Source: Octopus bimaculoides
Taxonomy: Eukaryota
Length of the DNA stretch: 64,000 nt
NCBI RefSeq assembly: GCF_001194135.2
Contig: NC_068991.1
Coordinates: forward strand, 65,969,621 to 66,033,620
Direction: 5' to 3'
Positions 1 to 13,587 of the stretch are shown here, in pieces. The notes under the pieces were generated by a model. The model ran no database searches. It had not been told where the DNA came from and was given only the letters and a program-made list of their open reading frames with translations. A program made the position numbers and the translations under genes. The stretch's first letter is position 1, and the number at the start of each line of letters is the position of its first letter.

Positions 1-25
1 TATATATATATATATATATGCAGAT

Positions 26-72
<47 letters not shown>

Positions 73-300
73 GATGGATGGGCAGATGGACAGACGGACA
101 GATGGATAGATAAATGAATAGATAGATAGGTAGAGAGAGAGAGAGATAGACAGATAGACAGACAGATAGATAGATAGATGAATAGATAGATAGATGAATA
201 GATAGATAGACAGATAGACAGATAAATAGATAGATAGACAGGCAGACAGACAGACAGATAGATGGATGGACGAATGGACGGACGGACGGACGGACGGACA
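1..300. repeat. Compound microsatellite (TA, GATA, GACA, GGAC)
   Basis: Read directly from the sequence. Confidence 0.95.
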
Positions 301-516
301 GTGGGTAGGAAGTAGCTAGCACTCCAGTGGAATTAAATGGCAGTTGGCTGCATCCTGTAATTGGTTTATAATCCTTTATTGTTCTTCTGTTGCTATTATG
401 CAGCGTCACTGACACTGTTTATCACTGCTCCAGTCTGGACTTTACTGGTTATCCTATTTATGAATCAAGAAGGTGCAGTATTGAAATAGTGATTTACGAT
501 TATATTTTGATTCGGC

Positions 517-815
517 CGTTGCCAGTACCGCCTGACTGGCTCCTGTAGGATTTTCGAGCGAGATCGTTGCCAGTGCCCCTGGACTGGCTTGTGCGGGTGG
601 CACATAAAAGACACCATTTCGAGCGTGGCCGTTTTCGTGCGGGTGACACGTAAAAGCACCCACTACACTCTCTGAGTGGTTGGCGTTAGGAAGGGCATCC
701 AGCTGTAGAAACTCTGCCAAATCAGACTGGAGCCTGGTGTTGCCATCCGGTTTCACCAGTCCTCAGTCAAATCGTCCAACCCATGCTAGCATGGAAAGCG
801 GACGTTAAACGATGA
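517..815 (+). mobile_element. RTE-clade LINE 3' UTR / 5'-truncated copy with (ATG)n tail
   Basis: Ends ...CATGCTAGCATGGAAAGCGGACGTTAAACGATGATGA. The same module follows the RTE ORF end at 31763-32050. Other copies at 27866-28085(-), 53996-54088(-), 56746-56899(+) and ~33503-33570(+). Confidence 0.75.
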
Positions 816-2512
816 TGAACCAAGTAAAAGAAGGTCTCTGTTTNNNNNNNNNNNNNNNNNNNNNNNNNNNNNNNNNNNNNNNNNNNNNNNNNNNNNNNNN
901 NNNNNNNNNNNNNNNNNNNNNNNNNNNNNNNNNNNNNNNNNNNNNNNNNNNNNNNNNNNNNNNNNNNNNNNNNNNNNNNNNNNNNNNNNNNNNNNNNNNN
1001 NNNNNNNNNNNNNNNNNNNNNNNNNNNNNNNNNNNNNNNNNNNNNNNNNNNNNNNNNNNNNNNNNNNNNNNNNNNNNNNNNNNNNNNNNNNNNNNNNNNN
1101 NNNNNNNNNNNNNNNNNNNNNNNNNNNNNNNNNNNNNNNNNNNNNNNNNNNNNNNNNNNNNNNNNNNNNNNNNNNNNNNNNNNNNNNNNNNNNNNNNNNN
1201 NNNNNNNNNNNNNNNNNNNNNNNNNNNNNNNNNNNNNNNNNNNNNNNNNNNNNNNNNNNNNNNNNNNNNNNNNNNNNNNNNNNNNNNNNNNNNNNNNNNN
1301 NNNNNNNNNNNNNNNNNNNNNNNNNNNNNNNNNNNNNNNNNNNNNNNNNNNNNNNNNNNNNNNNNNNNNNNNNNNNNNNNNNNNNNNNNNNNNNNNNNNN
1401 NNNNNNNNNNNNNNNNNNNNNNNNNNNNNNNNNNNNNNNNNNNNNNNNNNNNNNNNNNNNNNNNNNNNNNNNNNNNNNNNNNNNNNNNNNNNNNNNNNNN
1501 NNNNNNNNNNNNNNNNNNNATATTATATACATACAAACACATGTATTGTCCAACTTATGCCTGCATGGAACATGAATGATAAATGATGATGATCATGTAT
1601 TTGAATCGATATATATATATATATATGTATATATAGATTCAGATGAATATGGTACTTAACCAGAATTTAGTACGGTATTATCCATACAATTTCAAAGTAA
1701 GGTGATTAAAATCAAAATAAGCAACAAGGATATCCAGAGGTAACCACAATAAGTTGAATAAGGCATAATGACATATAGATACTGGCATGGCTACATGGTT
1801 AAGAAATTCACTTCACAGCTGTGTGGTTTTGGTTCACTCCTATTGCATGGCACCTTGGGCAGATGTTTTCTACTTCAGGCCTGGGCCAATCAATTTGGTA
1901 GATGGAAACTGTACAGAAGCAGGTCATGTGTGTGTGTGTGTGAGTGGTTATGTGTGTGTGTGAGTATTTGTCTTTGTGTTTGTCTTTCACTACTTGAAAG
2001 CTGATGTTAGTTTGTGTATGTTCCCAAAACTAGAACAAATTACCAGATGCAAATAAACACCAGGGTCAATTTTGTCCAACTAGACCCTTCAAGGTGGTAC
2101 TCCAGAATGGCCACAGTCCAGTGACTGAAACAAATAGGCAGTAAAAGATTATTCGCGCTTGATATGCTACAAGGGTGTGTTACATGGACATCAAACAAAG
2201 AATGGGTTTGAGGAAAATCTTGTTGATTGTTCAAACACATTTCCTTTTGTGTGTAAGTTAAGCTGTGTCTCATGCTTGGAATTTTTCTCTCATGTCTCAG
2301 ACACGGAAGAAACAAAAGTTGCCATTCCTTTATGGAATGATACAGCAACAAAATATTTTGTCATTTCTACATCAATTCCCTCCCATTATTGTGAAGCAAA
2401 GCTAAAATTGATTCAACACAGGAAGAGGTTGGAGAGGAGAATATTGTGGAATCAAATCTATTTTGTTTCTCCTCTTTTCAGTGGCTTGGTGTAACAAACC
2501 ACTGTGTAAAAT

Positions 2513-2565
<53 letters not shown>

Positions 2566-5500
2566 TATTGTTTTAGCATCCAATTTTCCATGGGTCAGAT
2601 GGAATTTGTGGAGGTAGATTTTCTATGGCTGGATGATGCCCTTCCTGTCACCAACCCTCACCTGTTTCCAACCAAGGTAATATTTCTGCATGACCAACCA
2701 GACATATTTTCAAAGAATATTAGAAATGATCAACACCACTTGCATGACAGTGACACTCATTTACGACTTTACAACTATCATCCGATGTTAAGACAAGAAG
2801 ACTCTAAAACATGAACCCACCATACACACAAATATACATGTATCTTCATCATCATCATTTAGAGTCCTCTTTCCATGCTGGCATGGGTTGGACAGTTTGA
2901 CACGGAACTGGTCAACAGGGAGCTGTCCAAACTCCAACTGTCTGTTGTGGCAAGGTTTCTAGGCTGGATGCTCTTCCTAACGCCATGTATGTATCTGTAT
3001 AACATCATCATCATTTAACATCCATTGTCCATGCTGGCCTGGGTTGGATGGCCTGACTGGGCTGGGACGCTGGCATGCTGCACCAAACTCCAGTCTGATT
3101 TGGTATGGTTTTCTATGGTTGGATGCCCTTCCTAACGCCAACCACTCCGAGAGTGTAATGGGTGCTTTTACATGCCACTGGCATGGGTGCCAATTTGCGT
3201 GACACTGGTATCTGCCACGACTGTGATTTTGCTTGGCTTGATGGCCCAACATAATGCCTAAAGTCTTGATCATTGCCTCTGTGAGGCTGAACACTTGAAA
3301 GGAACTCAGCCACTTTGCNNNNNNNNNNNNNNNNNNNNNNNNNNNNNNNNNNNNNNNNNNNNNNNNNNNNNNNNNNNNNNNNNNNNNNNNNNNNNNNNNN
3401 NNNNNNNNNNNNNNNNNNNNNNNNNNNNNNNNNNNNNNNNNNNNNNNNNNNNNNNNNNNNNNNNNNNNNNNNNNNNNNNNNNNNNNNNNNNNNNNNNNNN
3501 NNNNNNNNNNNNNNNNNNNNNNNNNNNNNNNNNNNNNNNNNNNNNNNNNNNNNNNNNNNNNNNNNNNNNNNNNNNNNNNNNNNNNNNNNNNNNNNNNNNN
3601 NNNNNNNNNNNNNNNNNNNNNNNNNNNNNNNNNNNNNNNNNNNNNNNNNNNNNNNNNNNNNNATATATATATATATATATATATACATGTTTGACCATGG
3701 CAATATCTCCCTACTTGGAAACAGGTGGGGGCTGGCAACAGGAAAGCATCCAGCTGTAGAAAATATGCCTCAACAAAATCTATCCAACATATGCAAGCAT
3801 GGATAGGTGAATATTAAAATGATGATTATGATGATGATAACAATGACAATGATGACGATGACGAAAATGATGACAGCAACAGTAATGAGAATGAGGATGA
3901 TTGTGACGATATTTTAAAGGAAGCGGCTTTTAATATTCTTTTAATGGATCACACAATGACATTTTGTATTAAATTCATAACGCTGTACGTTTTGTTTCAA
4001 GGACGATAGGAATGGAATTTGCTGCAAGGTTAATGCCATGATAAATCTCAGTAGAAAACTTTTTGATCTTTAGTAAGTCAAAGGCTAGAACTAATCAGTG
4101 AGTCAGTATTTGCAATGCAAGAGACCGAATTTTTTGCTGTTGTTTTTTTTTTCTTTAAAGAAAATTCTGGTGACTCATTTATGTTTGAATAAACTGTGAA
4201 TAAAATCACATACATGTGTTTGATCCATATTTGCATTTAGCTTTATTTGATACATATTTGCATATGTGGTTAAACCATTGTGTTGTCACAACTGGATGAA
4301 CAAAGTACTCAAGTTGCTACAGTAACATAATTTTACTCTTAGTGCAAGCATGGCTGTGTAGTTAAGAAACTTGCTTTGCAACCACGTGGCTTTTGTGTTC
4401 AGTCCCACAGCAAGCAGTGTACGGGGTGTGCTTGCCACACCCAATGCCACCAAATTTTAAGCAGGAGTATAACAAAAGTTTTCCATTTAGATTTGTGATT
4501 AAATTAATGAGTAAAGTTAATATTTATAATGAATTTGCCATTTTCGATAGGTGTGCAGCACACACCTAACGAACCCGGAATATATGCTCCTGACTGCAAG
4601 ACGCCTTAGGCAATTGTTTTCCAATATAGACTTAGGCCAACCAATGCCTTGTGAGTGGATTCAGTAGACGGAAACTGTGTAGAAGCCTTGGTCATGTGAC
4701 AACCCAAAGGTTTTTTTCTCCATACTGTCTGCCCCTTCCTCTTTTTCCCTGGACTTTTTCCTCTTTCTGACAAAGAGCCATGCTCAAAATATCATTTCTA
4801 CTCCTATTTTCTCATCTAAAACTTACACTGAATGTTAATCTAATATATTCACTGTTTATGTCCAATTCACTTTTGTTGTTTTCTTCATGTTTTTTTTTGT
4901 TCATAGATTTGCCTCTGTATGTGTGTGAGTGTGTGTGTATGTGTGTGTGTGTGTGTATGTGTGTGTGTGTGTGTATGAGTGTATTTTTGTGCCAACAAAC
5001 ACCACCTCAGCTTGACTATTGGTGTTGGTTTATTTATGTCCCTATAACTTAAAGGTTCAGTAAAAGAGGCTGATAGAATAAGTACAAGACTTTAGAAAAT
5101 TAGTTCTGGGGTTAATTTGTTCAACTAAGCCCTTCAAAGAGGTACCTCAGCTTGGTTTTTGGAGTCCAATGACTGAAACAAATGAAAAAAAATGAAGATA
5201 AAAGACAGCGTATTTTTAATAAGCAGCTCTAAGTCGCTTCCTCTCTTACCACCCCTTCTCTCTCTCTCTTTCCTTCCCTCTCTTTCTTTGTATGACTTGA
5301 TGAGACAGCAATAATCAGTGAAAACTAGTTGAGCTGTCTTCATTTGTATAGCAGAGACAACCATAGTTTTTTTTCAACAGGGTGTATTTACATGCAGACA
5401 GCAAAGCTTAATGCTTGTTGGTCATACTTATGTAAAACTATTATCAGGTTATTAACACGCAGGCTGTCTCAGTACTTAAGGTCATTTTATTGTATCGTAC

Positions 5501-5903
5501 TCTTATTTTTATTTTATGCACAGGTGTGGCTGTGTGGTAAGAAGTTTGCTTCCCGAGTGCTTAGTTCTGGGTTCGGTCCCACTTTATGTCACCTTGGGCA
5601 AGTGTCTTCTACCTGGGCCCACCAAAGCCTTGTGAATGTCTTTCATAGATGGAAATTGAATGAAGCCCATCATATACCTACCTGCCTACCTACCTACCTA
5701 CCTACCTACCCACATACATACATACATACATGTGTATGTGTGTGTGTGTGTGTGTGTTTATATACATGTATGTGTTTGTTACTGTCTCCTTGTCTTGATA
5801 TGATGTGATAGTCGTAAATGAGTGTCACCATCGTGTAAGAGGAGATCTTTTTTTCTTTCCAATCTCCCATGAGAACATGTCTGGTCATGGGGAAACATTA
5901 CCT

Positions 5904-6091
5904 GGTAATTTTTCAAATTAACACCTGCACGATCTTCACTAGGGTGTTAGGGTTAGGGTTTTAGGGTCAGGGTTAGGGTTTTAGGGTTAGGGTTACGGTT
6001 ACGGTTAGGGACGGAATTCTAACCCAAACCCTAAAACCCTAACCCTAACACCCTAGTGAAGATCATGTGGGTGTTAATCTGAAAAATTGCC
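5904..6091. mobile_element. 188-bp foldback MITE with telomere-like (TTAGGG) arms; Merlin-like termini
   Basis: ~73-bp terminal inverted repeats start GGTAA/GGCAA. An exact 8-bp TSD CATTACCT lies at 5896-5903 and 6092-6099. The interior is TTAGGG/TTTTAGGG variants facing CCCTAA variants. It interrupts an older repeat. Confidence 0.8.
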
Positions 6092-6805
6092 CATTACCTG
6101 GAAACAGGTGCGGGTTAACAACAGGAAAGGCATCGGGCTGTAGAAATCCACCTCAACAAATTCCATCTGACCCGTACAAGCATGGAAAAGAGGATGTTTA
6201 AAGAAAAACAAAATACGACATGTACTGCCACTGAAATGCAAATGAAAAAGAAAAAAAAACATCAACACCTGTGAATCAGTAATTTCGTTGTTTAATAAAC
6301 GATTTTCATCTGAGAAAAGTGACCATGAAATACTTGACTGAGATTTCTTACAAATGTAGAGAATATATGTTAATAGACATAAACAATGGGATATTTCAAA
6401 GTTGAAGTTCTATTTTGAAGGACAAACAATTTGAGGAGTAAAAAGATACGTACATTCATTTAATATGTACATAATTTATTGCAAACAAGTAACTTATTTT
6501 CTCACTAATTGCCAGAAAAATAAGTATTTTATTCATTTCATTTCAGAAACACAATTTGTAATTTTACGTTGTGTGTGTTTAAAAAGTTAATTAAAATATT
6601 TTTATTTAGTTTTAACATACTTGGCTGACTATTTTCTTTGAAGTCAATCTTTCTGATTTCGTTTAGATTGTTCCTAGATACATTTCGAGAAATGTTCTAA
6701 ATAGTTCTCTTTTAACCTGTACAAGAGTGTTTATTGTTTTACATGCTCAAATATTTATGAATGATTTGCTGAAGTTGTTATTTTTTATTTATTTATTTTT
6801 TTGAT

Positions 6806-7203
6806 GCGTAGGAGTGGCTGTGTAGTAAGTAGCTTGCTTACCAACCACATGGTTCTGGGTTCAGTCCCACTGCGTGGCACCTTGGGCAAGTGTCTTCTGC
6901 TATAGCCTCGGGCCGACCAAAGCCTTGTGAGTGGATTTGGTAGATGGAAACTGAAAAAAGCCCGTCGTATATATGTACATGTATATATATATGTGTGTGT
7001 TTGTGTGTCTGTCTTTGTCCCCCCACCATCGCTTGACAACCGATAGTGGTGTGTTTACGTCCCCATAACTTAGCGGTTTGGCAAAAAGAGACTGATAGAA
7101 TAAGTACTAGGCTTACAAAGAATAAGTCCTGGGGTCGATTTGCTCAACTAAAGGTGGTGCTCCAGCATGGTCGCAGTCAAATGACTGAAACAAGTAAAAG
7201 AGT
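6806..7203 (+). mobile_element. Abundant bipartite tRNA-derived SINE 'family A' (representative copy)
   Basis: Head GCGTAGGAGTGGCTGTGTAGT...GGGTTCAGTCCCAC, central (TA/TG)n, and 3' module ...ggtgctccagcatgg.cgcagtcaaatgactgaaacaagtaaaag. Other copies: 9399-9793(+), ~8150-8550(-), ~22998-23365(-), ~45390-45782(-), ~46745-47132(-), ~55185-55572(-), plus halves at ~5515, 33590, 49175, 50869 and 52676. Confidence 0.85.
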
Positions 7204-8356
7204 AAACATTAAAAGCAAAAGAAAATTCTTCTTTGTTTATGTGTTGCAACTACGTGTGCATGTATACGGATGTATTTCTGTATGTATGCTCTATACCAGC
7301 TGCACACATATCACCGTCTTCGCTATCGTGACCGTTGTTGTCATCAGTATTGTCATCGTTGTTATATTCGTCGTCGTTGTTGTCATCATCATCATCATCA
7401 ACAGCAGCATTTTGACATCCACATTTTCATACAGGTATGAGTTCAATGGATTCTAAAGTTAAGCGTCAATTCGTATTTAGACTTTACCCCTTTCTAGAAG
7501 ACTTGGACATCATGCCTTGCTTGTATGTTCCATCTCCCATTTTTTGACATAGCTTCTACAACTAGAGGCTCTTCCTACCACCAACCACTTTAAGGAGCAG
7601 TCTCTGTTACTACTCAAATATGTACTAATGTATACCAACTGTAAAATAATAACAACAATGGTTTCAAATTTTGGTGAAAGGGCAGCAATTTTAGGGCGTT
7701 GGGGTTAGTCAGTCTCATTGACTCCAGTAGTTGACTGGTACTTTAATATAACAACCCTGTTAGGGTAAAAAGCTAAGTTGACCTTGACAGAGTTTGAACT
7801 CAGAATGTAAGTGGCTGGAAGAATTGCTACTTAGGATTTTATCTAGTGTACCAACTATTCAACCAGCTCACTGCCTTCTCTATAATCTCGGTACAAGTCT
7901 AGCAATGAAGGAGGAGAAAGTGTTAGTTGGGTACTCAGAAGAAAAAGGGACCTGAAGGAATACTATGAGACATGTTTCTCTGACATTCATGAAAATAGAG
8001 ATCTTGTTTCCTCAAGTAAACATAACGAACCAGCTGAAGCAGATTTGAACTCTCGACCTATAAGCAGGTAATCTAATACATTATCTACTCTTCCTTCTCT
8101 GTCCTCTACAGGAACAGATGTATGAAGGAAAACAAGAACAATTATTTTTTTTCCATGTTTCAGTTATTGGACTGCAGCCATGCTGGGGTACCACCTTCAA
8201 GGGTTTAGTCGAACAAATCAACCCTAGGATTTATTTCCTTTTGTTTTTAAAGTGTAGTACTTATTTTGTTGGCCCCTTTTGCTGAATCGCTAAGTTACAG
8301 GGATATAAACAAACTAACACTAGTTGTCAAGCAGTGGAGGTGAGAACAAACACAAA

Positions 8357-8389
<33 letters not shown>

Positions 8390-9398
8390 CAGGTTTCCAC
8401 ACAGTTTGTCTGGCAACTAAATTCACTCACAAGGCACTGACTGGTCAGTCAGGGGCTATAGTAGAGGACACTTGGCCAAGGTGCCATACAATGGAATTGA
8501 ACCTAAAAGCATGTGGTTGCAAAGTGAGCTACCTAACCACACAATTATGTCTGCACAGTTTAAGATTATAAAATCCCACTTTGTATTAGAAAACACAATG
8601 GCTCTTAAATAGCTCTTTGTGTGAGAAATATCTTCTTTAAGATTCTCTTCTGTTTCGTTAAAGAGCTTTCCATAACAATAAAAGGTGTTGTGCACTCAAC
8701 ACTAACTAATCTGTTTGCACTATTGGTCATTGTTCATAGTGAAGTCAGCAGCTTTTTGAATTGAATATTACATCCTATTAGAAATGGACTTAGTAAAACA
8801 AGAAGAGACACATGAGATAAAGTGTTGTTGAAGAGGTCACAGAATATGTGATGAAATAGCTTTGACAAGGACACAAAAATTAGTTATAATAATAATAATA
8901 ATAAAAGTTGAAGTAAAAGCAAGACATATAGTGTGTGTGTTTAATTGGTAAAATATGACCATCCCCAAATATGATGATATCCTAATAAAATCCTTATTTA
9001 TTTTTAGAATATTTGTCTTTCACAAAGCTCTTCAAAGAGGATGACCCTCTAGTATTGTTTTGTCTGTTTCTTTTCCTTGTGTGATTCAAAAATGTGTCTG
9101 GTAGTTTATTTAGCCTTCTGAAAGCATGTCTAATCAAAATTAATATATTTTCACATAAAATGCTATCAACCTAGGAAATCTAACCCTTTTGAACTCATGA
9201 TCTAGTGATCGTGAATGCAATACCTTAACTACTGGGCCATATACCTTCATATATGCGTGTGTGTGTGCCTTCAGCTTAATTCTCATCTAGAATTAGAGTA
9301 ACACAATATGTAATATGGCTGTACTTTTGAATTGTATGTATAATCTGATGCGTTACTATACTGTTTCTCTCTACCCAATTATTTTACTCACATATATA

Positions 9399-9561
9399 GG
9401 CGCAGGAGTGGCTGTGTGATACGTAGCTTGCTTACCAACTACATGGTTTCAGGTTCAGTCCCACTGCGTGGCATTTTGGGCAAGTGTCTTCTACTATAGC
9501 CTTGGGCCGACCAAAGTCTTGTGAGTGGATTTGGTAGACGGAAACTGAAAGAAGCCCGTCG

Positions 9562-9594
<33 letters not shown>

Positions 9595-9793
9595 ATGTGT
9601 CTGTGTTTGTACCCCCAACATTGCTTAACAACCGATGCGGGTGTGTTTACATCCCCGTAACTTAACGGTTTGGCAAAAGAGGCTGATAGAATAAGTACCA
9701 GGCTTACAAAGAATAAGTCCTGGGATTGATTTGCTCGACTAAAGGCAGTGCTCCAGCATGGCCGCAGTCAAATGACTGAAACAAGTAAAAGAG
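9399..9793 (+). mobile_element. SINE family A, full-length copy
   Basis: Collinear with 6806-7203 throughout. Confidence 0.85.
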
Positions 9794-10301
9794 TATATAT
9801 AAATACACACGCACACATGAACATGCGTGTGTGTGTGTGTATATATATACATGTGCTACTTTTCTACATCTTTCCATCATCGGACTGCAGCCTTGCTGGG
9901 CACTGACTTGTGTGTGTGTATATATGTATATATATATATGTATATATGTATATATATATTAGCCACTACACATTCTTTATTTTCTCTCCTTGTTTCTTTC
10001 TGTGTACCTTTCTGTGGAAGAGCGTAGGCTTGAAACGTTAAAGACTTTTCCACTTCCCGAGCATTAAACTAATACATCTGTTTGTTGTCTATACCACACC
10101 TGTCTTCGTCTTTTGCTTTTTTGTGAATTCTCTCCCTATATATGTATATGTATGTATATATATGTATATATATATATGTATATATANNNNNNNNNNNNNN
10201 NNNNNNNNNNNNNNNNNNNNNNNNNNNNNNNNNNNNNNNNNNNNNNNNNNNNNNNNNNNNNNNNNNNNNNNNNNNNNNNNNNNNNNCTATCTATCTATCT
10301 G

Positions 10302-10332
<31 letters not shown>

Positions 10333-10858
10333 GGCTATCCACACACACACACATGCGCGTGTATATCTTTTATGGGAGTATGTATGTAGATACATATGCA
10401 CACTTTTAAAATACAAAACAATAAGATTTTTTTTTTTGCCAGGTTGAATTACTTCAAAACCATTCAACATTCATCAACCTACTTGCCATTCTAATGTCGT
10501 TGCTAACTGGTTGATAATATTTCAAGTCATGTCGATGCTTGCTGTTAATTCAACTTCTAAGATGACAGTTTTCTTACATATAAATGCTCACAACTAGGTT
10601 TAAATACTTTATTTCCCCAAGGTATTTGTTTTATTTTTTCACAATTAAAAGTAAAAAATGTTAACCTAAATGAATTTCGTATGTGACTGCACCGATCATG
10701 CAACTGTTGCTTAACTTTATAGTTTACTTAATATCTTTGTTGGTGTCGCTGTTTAACCCTGAGTTGGTTCTGGTTTAGCAAGTATGGTCAAAAGTGTTTC
10801 AACCCTGCCCGTCTCGGACCCCTTTGATTTCTATTGTACCTGGGTGGCCCCTCATACC

Positions 10859-11676
10859 CAGGGGTTCTCAACCATTTTTTTTTTATCTCTGGACCCCTGT
10901 GATTATTATTCTATTCTAGTGGGCTCCTATAACCATTCGAGGTTTAAAAGCTAGTTTTATAGAAACTTCTTTCAAAATTCTTATTTTGTTTTTCACACAT
11001 TAAGTTGTGTAGGTTGAACCATGTAAAGCATTAACTCTTTTGTTACTGTATTTATTTATGATGCTCTGTATATCTTTCGATTACTTTAAATATAACAAAG
11101 AATTTATTAAAATAACTTAGTTATAATTAAGCTAGTGTTAGGAACATAAATTGTGACTAAGGTTTGGTGGAAGATTTTAATGCAAAACTTTTGAAAACAA
11201 GACATTTGTACTACAGAGCCAGAGGCGGTTTCAGCCGGGTTGGTATCAAAAAGGTTAAGAAATGTTTCTCTATTATATATTTTAACCCTTTTGTTACCAT
11301 ATTTCTGCTGAGACGCTCTGTGTTTCTTTCAATTACTTTAAATATAACAAAGAATTTAGTAAAATTACTTAGTTACCATTAAGCTAGTGTTAGGAACATA
11401 AATTGTGACTAAGGTTTGGTGGACGATTTTAATTCAAAACTTATGAAAACAAGACATTTGTCCTCAGAGCCAGAGCTGGTTTCAGCCGGATTGGTAACAA
11501 AAGGGTTAAAGAAAGAAATCTAGCTGTTTCTTGCAATACATACGTCTAAAGCAAAATTTTTTCAGGGCCCCTTAAAATACTATTGTAGATCCCCAATTTA
11601 CTATTTTGTTGTGTGGACCCCCAAAAATCTTATATGGACCTACAGGGACCATGTGAACCCAGGTTGAGAACCACTG
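10859..11676. mobile_element. hAT-type MITE carrying two nested TTAA-flanked MITEs
   Basis: TIRs CAGGGGTTCTCAACC / GGTTGAGAACCACTG with exact 8-bp TSD CTCATACC at 10851-58 and 11677-84. Confidence 0.85.
11031..11509. mobile_element. Two tandem piggyBac-like MITEs (~228 bp each: 11031-11258 and 11282-11509)
   Basis: TTAA-CCCTTTTGTTACC...GGTAACAAAAGGG-TTAA termini; the two copies align along their length; a third copy lies at 26440-26667. Confidence 0.8.
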
Positions 11677-12644
11677 CTCATACCCATTCAATGTTTTAAA
11701 AAATCCTATTATATTTTCTTAATTGGATATTATTAGGAATTGTATTAAAAAAAATTGTTAAAATATTTTGTGTATTCTAGAAAGAAATCCAATTTATTGC
11801 ACATAAACCTTAACAACAAAATCTTATATGGATCCCTACCACCAAGGGTCATGTGAACCCCAGTTGAGAACCATTGATCTACATCAATCATGGGCACACT
11901 GTGAGGCCTGCAGGATTTTCTAGGTGGTGTATCAGATGAAAAAAATTACCTTGAATATTTTCAGTAGTTCAGCCCAACTGGTGATGATCCAAGTCTCATG
12001 TGGCCCATCTCTTAAAAGAGCTTGCCCAAGCCTGGTCTGCATTATATAATGTGCTCTTCCATTTTTAAGAGAGATTAAGGTGTGATTTGAAGGAAATTTA
12101 GCTGTTATTTCTAGCAGCTTGTTGAATGACCACATAGAGATTCCCTTCTGGTGGGGCTTTGGTTATTTAACTTGAGTCAGCTATGATCCAGCAGATCTAT
12201 AATCACATATATTCCAACCATGATCTTGCCCTCTTACTTTTCAGCTATAGTATATCTACAGCTAAATTATCCAATGTATCCTTCCATTTTTATGATTCTG
12301 TGTGATTTGGTGTTATGAAGAACATTCAACTATAGAAGCCATGCTAAAACTGACAATAGAGCTTGGTACAGGCCTCTGGCTTGCCAGCTCTTGACAAACT
12401 GTCCAATCTGTACCAGCATGGAAAATAGACATTAAATGATGATGATGGAGATTTGGTTGCTATTTATTATAGTTGACTTAATCATTAGAGGCTTTATTGT
12501 TGGCTCATAAATATGATGGAATTCATAATTGGTAGAGAAATGTGTTTATTAATCAATGGTAAGTCATTAATTAAGCAAAAATGCTAGTTCTAAAATCTCT
12601 CTAAGAGATCAATGCAGTAGTTGTACTGACAAGTTATATTCATA

Positions 12645-12850
12645 GCCACTTTAACATGGTTGACCATTCTAGCAGACTCTACTGTGATTTTTTAACCGCA
12701 AGGGGAGCTAGGAGATGGTAGGGGTTCGTTCCCGTGCTCGCAGTTCTATCGGATGCAGCTGTGTGTTGTTAACCAATTAGGGGAGATGTCCTCTTGGGGT
12801 GAAAAAATTGCAGTAGAGTCCACTCGAACAGACAGCTATGTTAAAGTGGC
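12645..12850. mobile_element. TA-flanked MITE with ~65-bp imperfect TIRs
   Basis: TA|GCCACTTTAACATGG...GACTCTACTGTGATTTTTT vs AAAAAATTGCAGTAGAGTC...CTATGTTAAAGTGGC|TA. Confidence 0.7.
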
Positions 12851-13089
12851 TACAAATATTACAAATCATTAATGATGCCTTATTTAACATTCATATTGTA
12901 GAGGAGGGAGTGGCAAAATACAAGCCACACCTACATTTTATCTGGCCCATTGGCTTCATTGAATATGTGAGATTACATGCTAAAGTTCTGTTTCTTTTTT
13001 CTATCTTTGGTTAGCAAACAATAAAATTCAGTATAAAAAAATAGCACGAAAGTATCATTTTTACAGTCGTGTCAAATGAATCAATGTTT

Positions 13090-13139
<50 letters not shown>

Positions 13140-13165
13140 TGATGATAACAACAACAACAACAATA

Positions 13166-13290
13166 ACTGCTCGAATGTTCCGGAAGATGTTCGAAAAATA
13201 AGAGGTGTTACCTTAGTTCACTGGTAGAGAACAGCTGACACTATAGTACATCTCCAGCATTAGAAGCTATACAAAGGCAATAATAATAAT
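13166..13290 (+). mobile_element. Short 3' end of the same R4/Dong family
   Basis: TARMFRKMFEK* plus 3' UTR matching the reverse complement of ~13885-14000; (AAT)n on both sides. Confidence 0.7.
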
Positions 13291-13587
13291 AATGATGATG
13301 ATGATGATGATGATGATGTTGATGATTATAGTTTCAAATTTTGGCACCAGGCCAGCAATTTTAGGGGAGGGTATAAGTTAATTACATCAACACCCCACCC
13401 TACCCCAGTGCTCAACTGGTACTTATTTTATTGACTCCCAAAAAGATGAAAGGCAAAGTTGACCTTGGTGGAATTTGAACTCAAAACATAAAAATGGATA
13501 AAATGCAACTAAGCATTTTGCCTGGCATCCGAACAGTTCTGCCAACTTGCCACCTATGTACAAATAAAAATTAAAATAATAATGATA

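Noticed and set aside
5939-6054. (TTAGGG)n(CCCTAA)n head-to-head array as a chromosome-fusion scar
   Set aside because: It is enclosed by non-telomeric TIR sequence and an exact 8-bp TSD, so it is a transposon insertion.
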